Assembly (NCBI GenBank): GCA_026387835.1
Contig: JAPLKZ010000006.1
Location: 29,104 to 61,103 of the forward strand
Length of the DNA stretch: 32,000 nt
From: Candidatus Saganbacteria bacterium
GTDB lineage: Bacteria > Margulisbacteria > WOR-1 > JAKLHX01
Direction: 5' to 3'
Every line of letters starts with the position of its first letter. Positions within the stretch are counted from its first letter, which is position 1. Of the stretch, positions 25,223 to 32,000 are shown one piece after another. Position numbers and translations under genes: made by a program. The notes under the pieces are model-generated. The model ran no database searches and was not told where the DNA came from. It saw only the letters and a program-made list of their open reading frames with translations.

Positions 25223-25986
25223 TTTTTTGCCGTCGAATTCATTATCGTATGCGCGAGACATCCTGCTCCGAAACCGTTATCAATGTTTACTACGGCAACA
25301 CCAGGAGCGCAGCTGTTGAGCATCGCGAGGAGTGCGGCAAGGCCTTTAAAACTCGCGCCGTAGCCTACACTTGTCGGCACCGCGATGACCGGCGCTTCGA
25401 CAAGTCCCGCCACGACACTTGCAAGCGCGCCTTCCATCCCGGCCGCGACTATCACGACACGGGCTTTTAATATATCTTTCATATTAGATACCAGCCTGTG
25501 GATACCGGCAACGCCGACATCATAGGTCCTCTTAACATTACTGCCGAGGAACTCTGCGGTCACGCATGCTTCCTCCGCCACAGGCATATCCGCTGTCCCC
25601 GCGGTGATAACGGCAATATATCCTTTTCCCTTTTTGTTCTTTGCTTCTTTTGTTTTTGTGATCGTTATTATTCTTGCCATCTCATGATACTTTGCCGCCG
25701 GTATTTCTCTTTTTACATGATCAAATACGGCCTTGTCCGCCCTTGTGGCGAGGATGGCTTTATTTTTTGCAAGGAGCTTTTTTAGTATCGCGGATATCTG
25801 CTGCCTCGTCTTTCCCTGGCAGAAAACGACCTCTGGAAAACCTTTCCTTATTGACCTGTGGTGGTCGATCTTGGCAAAACCTATGTCTTCGTAAGGGAGA
25901 GATTTTAATTGCGAGAATGCCTCATTGACCTGAATCTTTCCGGACCTGACGCCCCTTAAAATATTTTCTATCCTGTTTTTATCCAT
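25219..25986 (-). CDS. larB: Nickel-pincer cofactor biosynthesis protein LarB
   Basis: 255 aa; C-terminal AIRC-like domain ITAGTADMPVAEEACVTAEFLGSNVKRTYDVGVAGIHRLVSNM...VVAAGMEGALASVVAGLVEAPVIAVPTSVGYGASFKGLAALLAMLNSCAPGVAVVNIDNGFGAG. Confidence 0.96.
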   Translation of the reverse strand: MDKNRIENILRGVRSGKIQVNEAFSQLKSLPYEDIGFAKIDHHRSIRKGFPEVVFCQGKTRQQISAILKKLLAKNKAILATRADKAVFDHVKREIPAAKYHEMARIITITKTKEAKNKKGKGYIAVITAGTADMPVAEEACVTAEFLGSNVKRTYDVGVAGIHRLVSNMKDILKARVVIVAAGMEGALASVVAGLVEAPVIAVPTSVGYGASFKGLAALLAMLNSCAPGVAVVNIDNGFGAGCLAHTIMNSTAKK

Positions 25987-25994
25987 TTTCCGCT

Positions 25995-27296
25995 TTACTC
26001 TTTAGTCTTGCTTTCATTCTCATCCAATCTTTGTTTTATTTTTTTCTCAAAACCTCTATCCGTTGGGGTGTAATACTTCCCCCGGTGCGGCATGTATTCC
26101 TGCTCTACTACGGCGCCGTCATAGGAATGAGCGTATTTATATCCTTTGCCTTTGCCCATCTTTTTTTCGCCTTCATAGACGGCGTTCCTGAGATGAAGGG
26201 GGACTTCCGTGCTTTTTCCGCTTTTGATATCGGACAGCGCGCTTTCTATCCCCATGTAAGACGCGTTGCTTTTCGGCGCGGAGGCAACATACACCGCAGC
26301 CTGGGACAGGATTATCCTTCCTTCGGGCATGCCTATAAGCTCTACCGCCTGCATCGCGGAGTTCGCTATCACAAGCGCGAGAGGGTCGGCATTGCCCACG
26401 TCCTCGCTCGCGCAGATCACTATCCGCCTCGCGATGAACCTCGGGTCTTCCCCGCTGTAGATCATCTTCGCGAGCCAGAAGAGCGCGGCGTCGGGATTCG
26501 ATCCGCGCATGCTTTTTATAAAAGCGGAAATAGTATCGTAATGGCCGTCCTCGTCCTTGTCATATACCAGTGTTCTTTTTTGTATCGATTCTTTCGCGGT
26601 ATCAAGCGTGAAGGCGATGTTACCGGTCTTGTCAGGATCGGTGGTCAGGGCCCCGACCTCGAGAGCGTTCAAAAGCCGTCTCGCGTCACCGTTGGATATT
26701 TTTAAAAGATAATCCTCGGCATCCTTATCGATCCTGACCTTGAAACGTCCGAGGCCTTTCACTTTATCTTTAAGCGCGCGGTCAAGAAGTGTTTTAAGGT
26801 CTTTTTCGGACAGGTCTTTCAGTTCAAATATCTGCGATCTCGAGACAAGGGCCGGTATCACGGAAAAGAACGGGTTGTGCGTCGTGGCTCCGATAAGGAT
26901 TATTGTGCCGTCTTCCACGTCGGAAAGGAGAGCGTCCTGCTGGATCTTGTTGAACCTGTGGATCTCGTCGATGAAAGCTATGGTCCTTTTGCCGGAAAGG
27001 TCCCATCTTTCTTTTGCCTCGGCGATAAGTTTGCGTATCTCCGGAACGCCTGCCGTCACGGCGTTCATCTTCTCAAAATGGGAATTCGTCTGGCAGGCGA
27101 CTATATGGGCGAGAGCGGTTTTTCCGCATCCGGGAGGGCCGAAAAGTATCAGCGAAAATATCTTGTCGGCTTTTATGGCCCTTGTGAGAAGAGAGTCTTT
27201 GCCGGTGAGGTGCTGCTGGCCGACAAATTCGTCAAGCGAAACAGGCCTCATCCTGGCGGCGAGAGGAAGTTCTTTTTCCCTTTCAAATAGGTTCAC
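25995..27296 (-). CDS. rarA: Replication-associated recombination protein A (RarA/MgsA) AAA+ ATPase
   Basis: 433 aa; RPVSLDEFVGQQHLTG, LFGPPGCGKTALAHIVA, FIDEIHRFNKIQQDALL, GATTHNPFFSVIPALVSRSQIFEL, GYKYAHSYDGAVVEQEYMP. Confidence 0.98.
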   Translation of the reverse strand: MNLFEREKELPLAARMRPVSLDEFVGQQHLTGKDSLLTRAIKADKIFSLILFGPPGCGKTALAHIVACQTNSHFEKMNAVTAGVPEIRKLIAEAKERWDLSGKRTIAFIDEIHRFNKIQQDALLSDVEDGTIILIGATTHNPFFSVIPALVSRSQIFELKDLSEKDLKTLLDRALKDKVKGLGRFKVRIDKDAEDYLLKISNGDARRLLNALEVGALTTDPDKTGNIAFTLDTAKESIQKRTLVYDKDEDGHYDTISAFIKSMRGSNPDAALFWLAKMIYSGEDPRFIARRIVICASEDVGNADPLALVIANSAMQAVELIGMPEGRIILSQAAVYVASAPKSNASYMGIESALSDIKSGKSTEVPLHLRNAVYEGEKKMGKGKGYKYAHSYDGAVVEQEYMPHRGKYYTPTDRGFEKKIKQRLDENESKTKE

Positions 27297-28093
27297 TTGG
27301 TTTTTACCAGAAGTTTTTCTTCGGCCACTTTGATATGGTAAGGAGCGCTTTCACCGATATTTTCGCCGTCATACACGGCTTTTAACGGATCGGGAGAATC
27401 GATGATAAAATGCGATCCCCTGTATATCTTGTAATGCCGCGAACCGGGAAGATTTCCAAAGGCGATCCTCGGCAGATTTAGAAGCATTCCCAGCTTCCCT
27501 ATATCGTTCAATACGCACAGGTCGAACATTCCGTTGGCGACTTTCAAAACGGCCATCTTTGAGCTTAAATTGAGGTCGCCGATCTTGATATTAAGTTTCG
27601 CTGGCCTGAGATCCTTCAAAGCGGACAGGAGCCTTGCTGCAATACCGCCTCTCTGTTTTTTCTCCGACATGTCGGCGTTCAGCCCGACGCCGATCCCGTT
27701 CAGGAAATACCTTCCGTTGATCTTTCCGAGATCTATCTTTTTTGAATTGCTGCCGACGGCGATCTCGCAGCATTCCCCGATATCAAGCGGGTTCAGCCCG
27801 AGCATCCTCGAGAAATTATTCTTTTTTCCCGCAGGTATGACGGCCAGGCTTGACGCGGATCCCGCCATGCCGTTGACAACTTCGTTGACAGTCCCGTCCC
27901 CGCCGACGGCGATGATAAGGTTAAAACCTTCGCGGGCCGCTTTTTTGGCAAGTGAAACGGCTCCAAGGGGCCTGTAAGTGGAGTCGAGGCTGTATTCCAT
28001 GCCGTTATCGCAGAAATATTTCTCGACCTCGAAACCCGTCTCGCGCGCTTTTCCGTCTCCCGCACGGGGATTGACGATGATCTTGATGTTCAT
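27293..28093 (-). CDS. Diacylglycerol kinase-family lipid kinase (YegS/BmrU type)
   Basis: 266 aa; IIVNPRAGDGKA, IIAVGGDGTVNEVVNGMAG, LAVIPAGKKNNFSRMLGL, KIDLGKINGRYFLNGIGVGLNADM. Confidence 0.93.
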   Translation of the reverse strand: MNIKIIVNPRAGDGKARETGFEVEKYFCDNGMEYSLDSTYRPLGAVSLAKKAAREGFNLIIAVGGDGTVNEVVNGMAGSASSLAVIPAGKKNNFSRMLGLNPLDIGECCEIAVGSNSKKIDLGKINGRYFLNGIGVGLNADMSEKKQRGGIAARLLSALKDLRPAKLNIKIGDLNLSSKMAVLKVANGMFDLCVLNDIGKLGMLLNLPRIAFGNLPGSRHYKIYRGSHFIIDSPDPLKAVYDGENIGESAPYHIKVAEEKLLVKTK

Positions 28094-28114
28094 GGCGTAA
28101 AAAAATTATATCAC

Positions 28115-28145
28115 AAAAAAACTCCCGGTAAGCTTGACCGGGAGT
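28115..28145 (-). terminator. Rho-independent terminator
   Basis: Minus strand ACTCCCGGT-CAAGCTT-ACCGGGAGT followed by a T-tract (plus strand A-run 28115-28120). Confidence 0.85.
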
Positions 28146-28188
28146 CTGTTCATTCAAAAAATTGTACAATTTGTCGTATATAAATGTC

Positions 28189-28269
28189 CTAAGACTTAGA
28201 AGACGCCGCCCACCACCAAATGAGAGCGATAATGACTATGGCGATCACTACCCACCAAATCCAGTTCAT
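28189..28269 (-). CDS. 26-aa Trp-rich single-span membrane peptide
   Basis: MNWIWWVVIAIVIIALIWWWAASSKS*; SD GGGAGGTG (28276-28283) 6 nt upstream; own promoter and terminator. Confidence 0.75.
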   Translation of the reverse strand: MNWIWWVVIAIVIIALIWWWAASSKS

Positions 28270-28301
28270 GCTTCTCACCTCCCTTGCAGCTTTCTGTCCG
28301 A

Positions 28302-28329
28302 ATTCTATCAGATGGCCGTCGTTTGTCAA
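28302..28329 (-). promoter_or_regulatory. Sigma70-type promoter for the 26-aa ORF
   Basis: Minus strand TTGACA (28324-28329), 16-nt spacer, extended -10 TGATAGAAT (TAGAAT 28302-28307). Confidence 0.7.
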
Positions 28330-28344
28330 CGGTTTTTTAACGCA

Positions 28345-28353
28345 TGGTATAAT
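28345..28353 (+). promoter_or_regulatory. Extended -10 promoter for the 28381 ORF
   Basis: TGGTATAAT, 27 nt upstream of the ATG at 28381; divergent from the minus-strand promoter. Confidence 0.5.
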
Positions 28354-28380
28354 AAAAACGAAAGCACAAAAACAATGATA

Positions 28381-28989
28381 ATGTATAACCTCGGGCCGTC
28401 GATCCCTAAGAAGGGAAAAAAGAAAAGCGGCGGTTTTATCCCCGATGAGTGGAGGGAGACATACGGCCGGCCGAAAGGGATGGACCTCAAGAACGGGATC
28501 TATTTTGTAAATGACGCGACTCCGGCAAAGAACGCGATCCTGGTATTTTCGGAAGATGTGATCCATTTGAAAGAGCTGAGCTTTTTTCTCATCTGGCGCT
28601 ACACAAAGACATATACCAGGGAATATTTCGAGCAGCTCAACGGCAAGATGTTCGCCGCGTTCCAGGACCTGCTGGACATGAAAAGGACATCTCTTGACAA
28701 TGTCCCCGGCCTTTTTCAGGGGATAGTTTTCGGGGACAAGCAGTACAAGTTCAAGCAGACGTTCTATACCGAGCATAACATGCCGCCTCAGTTCAGGGGA
28801 GCAAAACTGGCGATAGGCCTGACTGTGGACAGGGTGCAGGGCCCGTCAGGAAATGTCCTGAGAAATCCGCAGGACCTTGCCAACGCGTATAAAGAACTGA
28901 AGACGATATTTTCACAGGAACTGGATTACATGGCGCAGAACCCGGCTTTCAACAAGACGGAAGAACAACCGAAACAAGATGTTAAATAA
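28381..28989 (+). CDS. Uncharacterised protein (about 202 aa)
   Basis: Likely start MYNLGPSIPKKGKKKSGGFIPDEWRETYG... downstream of the ORF-track start, which would pass through the divergent promoters. Confidence 0.7.
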   Translation: MYNLGPSIPKKGKKKSGGFIPDEWRETYGRPKGMDLKNGIYFVNDATPAKNAILVFSEDVIHLKELSFFLIWRYTKTYTREYFEQLNGKMFAAFQDLLDMKRTSLDNVPGLFQGIVFGDKQYKFKQTFYTEHNMPPQFRGAKLAIGLTVDRVQGPSGNVLRNPQDLANAYKELKTIFSQELDYMAQNPAFNKTEEQPKQDVK

Positions 28990-29494
28990 AAAAGAGATAG
29001 AAGAACTGATAAAAGAAAAAAAACTGGTCTCGAACTATATAGACCTTGAGAAACAGCTGACACCCAACGGGTTTGATATGACAGTGGCACAGGTTTTTGA
29101 ATATGACGGCAGCGGCCGCCTTGACTTTTCAAATAACGAAAGAGTGATCCCCAAGACTAAGGAGTTATTTCCCGTAAAGAGAAAGCCGGATGATAAATAC
29201 GGCTGGTGGCATCTTAAGAAAGGTTCGTACAAGGTTGTGACGAACGAGACTGTTTGCATACCGAATGACATTATTTCAATCGCTTTCACAAGAAGTTCGC
29301 TCTTGCGGATGGGCGCTTTTACGCAGAACGGAGTCTGGGACGCGGGATTCATCGGCAAGAGCGAATTCATTCTTATTGTTGAAAATCCGCATGGCATGGA
29401 AATGAAGCAGAATGCGAGGATCATCCAGTTATTATTTGAGAGGATAAACGAGGTCGAGGAAGGATATAAGGGGATATTCCAGGAAATAATATAA
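28979..29494 (+). CDS. dcd: dCTP deaminase/dUTPase-family protein
   Basis: 171 aa; LTPNGFDMTVAQV, CIPNDIISIAFTRSSLLRMGAFTQNGVWDAGFIGKSEFILIVENPHGMEMKQNARIIQLLFE. Confidence 0.9.
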   Translation: MLNKKEIEELIKEKKLVSNYIDLEKQLTPNGFDMTVAQVFEYDGSGRLDFSNNERVIPKTKELFPVKRKPDDKYGWWHLKKGSYKVVTNETVCIPNDIISIAFTRSSLLRMGAFTQNGVWDAGFIGKSEFILIVENPHGMEMKQNARIIQLLFERINEVEEGYKGIFQEII

Positions 29495-29514
29495 ATTCGA
29501 ATTTAAGAAAAATT

Positions 29515-30078
29515 ATGGAAACAAAACCCGTACTGAACACTATCCTTCTCCATGTCTGCTGCGGCGTGTGCGCCGGCTGGCCCGTGCAGAAGCTAAGAGA
29601 GGACGGCCATGTTCCCGTCGGATATTTTTATAATCCTAATATCCATCCAGAGGACGAATATTTAAAAAGACTTGCCGCGGCAAGAGAGATCTCGAAAGCG
29701 CTCGAGTTCGAACTGATAGAGGGATATTACGATCCCGCGAGATGGCTTGAGGCGGTAAAAGGCCTGGAGGATGAAAAAGAAGGCGGAAAGAGATGCGAAG
29801 TCTGCTTCCGGATGCGGCTTGAAGAGACCGGCAGAAAAGCAAAGGAACTCGGGATCTCGAATTTTACGACAACGCTTTCGGTCAGCCCGCAAAAAAGTTC
29901 AAAAAAAATAAACGATGCGGGAAAAAGCGTCCATCCCAAAGCGTTTACAGAATGCGATTTTAAAAAGGATGACGGCAACAAGAAGACACGCAACCTTGCT
30001 AAACGGTTCCAACTGTACTGCCAGGACTACTGCGGTTGCAGGTTCAGCAAATCACGCGCCTGTAGCTCAATTGGATAG
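29515..30078 (+). CDS. queH: Epoxyqueuosine reductase QueH
   Basis: 187 aa; LLHVCCGVCAGWPVQKL, GYFYNPNIHPEDEYLKRL, RCEVCFRMRLEETGRKAKELGISNFTTTLSVSPQKS, YCQDYCGCRFS. Confidence 0.95.
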   Translation: METKPVLNTILLHVCCGVCAGWPVQKLREDGHVPVGYFYNPNIHPEDEYLKRLAAAREISKALEFELIEGYYDPARWLEAVKGLEDEKEGGKRCEVCFRMRLEETGRKAKELGISNFTTTLSVSPQKSSKKINDAGKSVHPKAFTECDFKKDDGNKKTRNLAKRFQLYCQDYCGCRFSKSRACSSIG

Positions 30079-30129
30079 AGCGACAGCCTCCGGAGCTGGT
30101 TGTTGCAGGTTCAATCCCTGTCAGGCGCA
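30056..30129 (+). tRNA. tRNA-Arg (anticodon CCG)
   Basis: GCGCCTG-TA-GCTC-AATTGGATA-GAGC-G-ACAGC-CTCCGGA-GCTGG-TTGTT-GCAGG-TTCAATC-CCTGT-CAGGCGC-A. One A:G mismatch at the top of the anticodon stem. Confidence 0.9.
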
Positions 30130-30173
30130 AAAAACCGCGTCTTTTTATGCTATGCTGAGAGTGGAGATATACT

Positions 30174-31397
30174 ATGACAAACGAAACATTTCACGGGCTC
30201 GGGATAGCACCCGGGATACTTGAGGTGCTGAACAGGCTCAAGTTTACAAAACCTACGCCGATACAACAGAAGGCCATACCTATTGCCACATCCGGCAAAG
30301 ACATAATCGGCATCGCGCAGACCGGAACAGGCAAGACCCTGGCTTTCGGTATCCCGCTGATCCAGCGTCTCGCTCAGCAGAGCGGCAAGGGGCTGATACT
30401 TGTTCCGACAAGAGAGCTGGCGGGGCAGGTGTATGAAGCGCTTATAAAACTGACCCAAGTTTTCAGGATACGCGCGGCCGTCCTGGTGGGCGGTGAGAAC
30501 ATGGGAAAGCAGCTTTATGCTATCAGGTCAGGAGCGAGAATAATAATAGCGACCCCGGGAAGGCTGAACGACCACATAGCGCGCAGAAATATAAGGATGG
30601 ACGATGTGAACGTCCTCGTGCTTGACGAGGCCGACCGCATGCTCGATATGGGTTTTGCGCCGCAGATAGACAAGATAATTAAATATATCCCCAAACAAAG
30701 GCAGACAATGCTTTTCTCCGCGACGATGCCATCAACTATTGTAGCCATGGTATCGAGATATATGCAGCTGCCGGTCAGGACCGAAATAGCTCCCGAAGGC
30801 ACGGCAGCTGAAAATGTGTCGCAGGAGATGTTCATCGTAAGAAGAGAGCTCAAATCAAAACTCCTCGAAGAGCTTCTTCTGCAGTATAAGGGCTCGGTCC
30901 TTCTTTTTATCCGTACAAAGATGGGCGCCAAAAAGATAGCCCGTTTTCTTAAGGATATCGGACACAACGCGGCAGAAATACATTCTGACAAGACCCTTGC
31001 CCAGAGAAGAGAAGCGTTAAGCGGTTTTAAGTCCGGCAGGTTCAGGATACTTGTTGCCACGGATATCGCGGCCAGGGGCATAGATGTCCAAAATATAGAA
31101 GTGGTCATCAATTACGACCTGCCTGATGATCCCGAAAATTATGTCCACAGGATAGGCAGGACCGGAAGAGCCGGGGCGGAAGGACATGCGATAACTTTTG
31201 CTACTCCCGACCAGTCAAAAGACATCAAAAATATCGAAAGGCTGATAAGGGCGGTTATCCCTTTATCGCAACACCCTGTCATCCCCGGTGAAAAATTCAG
31301 CACGGTGACAATGTCTTTTGCTCCCAGGGGGAGACGTCCTCAGGGGAGTTTCAGAAGAAGATCTACGGCAGCTCCGAGGAGACCGTCCCGCTGGTAG
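30174..31397 (+). CDS. DEAD-box ATP-dependent RNA helicase
   Basis: 407 aa; FTKPTPIQQKAIPI, AQTGTGKTLAF, PTRELAGQV, TPGRLND, VLDEADRMLDMGF, FSATMP, ATDIAARGIDV, HRIGRTGRAG, short basic tail. Confidence 0.98.
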   Translation: MTNETFHGLGIAPGILEVLNRLKFTKPTPIQQKAIPIATSGKDIIGIAQTGTGKTLAFGIPLIQRLAQQSGKGLILVPTRELAGQVYEALIKLTQVFRIRAAVLVGGENMGKQLYAIRSGARIIIATPGRLNDHIARRNIRMDDVNVLVLDEADRMLDMGFAPQIDKIIKYIPKQRQTMLFSATMPSTIVAMVSRYMQLPVRTEIAPEGTAAENVSQEMFIVRRELKSKLLEELLLQYKGSVLLFIRTKMGAKKIARFLKDIGHNAAEIHSDKTLAQRREALSGFKSGRFRILVATDIAARGIDVQNIEVVINYDLPDDPENYVHRIGRTGRAGAEGHAITFATPDQSKDIKNIERLIRAVIPLSQHPVIPGEKFSTVTMSFAPRGRRPQGSFRRRSTAAPRRPSRW

Positions 31398-31418
31398 AAA
31401 AATGCGGCTGCGGTGTTT

Positions 31419-31492
31419 GCGCCTGTAGCTCATTTGGATAGAGCATTTGCCTTCGAAGCAAAGGGTAGCAGGTTCGAATCCTGTCAGGCGCA
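31419..31492 (+). tRNA. tRNA-Arg (anticodon TCG)
   Basis: Acceptor GCGCCTG/CAGGCGC; D arm GCTC/GAGC; anticodon arm TTTGC-CTTCGAA-GCAAA; T arm GCAGG-TTCGAAT-CCTGT. CCA not encoded. Confidence 0.95.
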
Positions 31493-31557
31493 AACTTCGA
31501 CTCACTCACTTTGTTCGTTCGCTCAGGGCAGGCGGGGGAATTGCTATAGAAATGGGA

Positions 31558-31645
31558 AGAAGGCGAGTAAAGGCCCGGGAGGGCCCAAGAAGTGAAGGAG
31601 GGCATAAGAGCAAAGAGGGATAGGGAAGGCTTAAGACAAAGAAGG
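31558..31645 (+). repeat. 88-bp direct repeat, copy 1
   Basis: AGAAGGCGAGTAAAGGCCCGGGAGGGCCCAAGAAGTGAAGGAGGGCATAAGAGCAAAGAGGGATAGGGAAGGCTTAAGACAAAGAAGG; matches 31753-31840 gaplessly with about 6 mismatches. Confidence 0.9.
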
Positions 31646-31752
31646 CCCCAATACAAATTGCCTTTGATAGCCTTAAGCCTTCAAAGCCTCTTATAGCCGT
31701 ATGCCCTCGTAGCCTTCACGGGCCGTCAATGCCTTTAATCGCCCTCTCAGGC

Positions 31753-31840
31753 AGAAGGCGAGTAAAGGCCCGGGAGGGCCCAAGAAGTGAAAGAGGGCAT
31801 AAGGGCAAAGAGGGCGGGGTAAGGCTTAAGACAAAGAAGG
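31753..31840 (+). repeat. 88-bp direct repeat, copy 2
   Basis: AGAAGGCGAGTAAAGGCCCGGGAGGGCCCAAGAAGTGAAAGAGGGCATAAGGGCAAAGAGGGCGGGGTAAGGCTTAAGACAAAGAAGG; exact 195-bp offset from copy 1. Confidence 0.9.
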
Positions 31841-31853
31841 GAGGAGTTGTTTT

Positions 31854-31937
31854 ATGGTAGAAAATAGCGGGTACGGGCATCGAAAAATGATCGTGTGGCA
31901 AAATCTCCTCAAAGTCATAATTAATTCCATAGCTTAG
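31854..31937 (+). pseudogene. 27-aa ORF, possible truncated start of a four-helix-bundle (TIGR02436/S23-like) protein
   Basis: MVENSGYGHRKMIVWQNLLKVIINSIA* preceded by SD GGGAGGAG; the RK-x-IVWQ motif resembles the N-terminus of that family. Very short match. Confidence 0.2.
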
Positions 31938-32000
31938 GTCGGAGAAAATTCCAGAGTCCGATCACCCCCAGCCAAAGGGGTATTATGCCCTTTTAATGCC

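Noticed and set aside
28189-28776. 195-aa minus-strand ORF
   Set aside because: Antisense to the 28381-28989 gene; only its last 26 codons, with their own SD and promoter, are credible.
31263-31656. Minus-strand ORFs 31263-31505 and 31363-31656
   Set aside because: Antisense tRNA-Arg and helicase end (PDRIRTCYPLL...LYPNELQA is a typical reversed-tRNA artefact).
31558-31840. Interpretation of the repeat as an IS element end or CRISPR
   Set aside because: Only two full direct copies, 107 bp between them, no transposase ORF, and the middle is related inverted sequence rather than a spacer.
1-32000. CRISPR arrays, retrons, toxin-antitoxin or known defence islands
   Set aside because: No regularly spaced repeats, cas genes, reverse transcriptase or recognisable defence proteins seen; the only clear multi-copy repeat is at 31558-31840.
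31972-32000. CCCCCAGCCAAAGGGG hairpin near the right edge as a terminator
   Set aside because: Short stem, no proper T-tract on either side, and context is cut by the window end.

Overview
Mostly a housekeeping chromosomal window from an unidentified, probably uncultured, bacterium. From left to right it holds: a minus-strand flagellar cluster (fliQ start, fliP, fliO, fliN, divergent fliM-like, flgE-like, flgD, fliK-like); murF and rho; two large uncharacterised ORFs (7935-11480); accA and accD; a plus-strand rpsT / DUF47 / PiT transporter / ispE run; an unusual accessory block (16445-21638); a Spy/CpxP-like gene and an outer-membrane beta-barrel gene; rnpB; rnhA, larC, larB, rarA and a diacylglycerol-kinase-family gene; dcd; queH; and a DEAD-box helicase. 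Five tRNAs are readable by eye (Leu-GAG, Leu-CAG, Leu-CAA, Arg-CCG, Arg-TCG) and none encodes CCA. The best candidates for something undescribed are: (1) the 16.4-21.6 kb block, with a 56-aa ORF, a very divergent GT35/glycogen-phosphorylase-like protein that keeps the GTEA-G----K---NG PLP-lysine signature, a possible degenerate ribokinase-fold protein and a convergent Fe-S old-yellow-enzyme-like oxidoreductase; (2) the two large unknown ORFs at 7.9-11.5 kb; (3) a self-contained transcription unit (promoter, strong SD, 26-aa Trp-rich membrane peptide, intrinsic terminator) at 28115-28329; (4) a copy of a short repeat-like sequence in the P3 region of RNase P RNA, related to a sequence just after tRNA-Arg(TCG); (5) an 88-bp direct repeat with a diverged inverted middle at 31.56-31.84 kb. 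No CRISPR array, recognisable transposase or known defence system was found. All calls come from reading the sequence; no database or folding tool was run.
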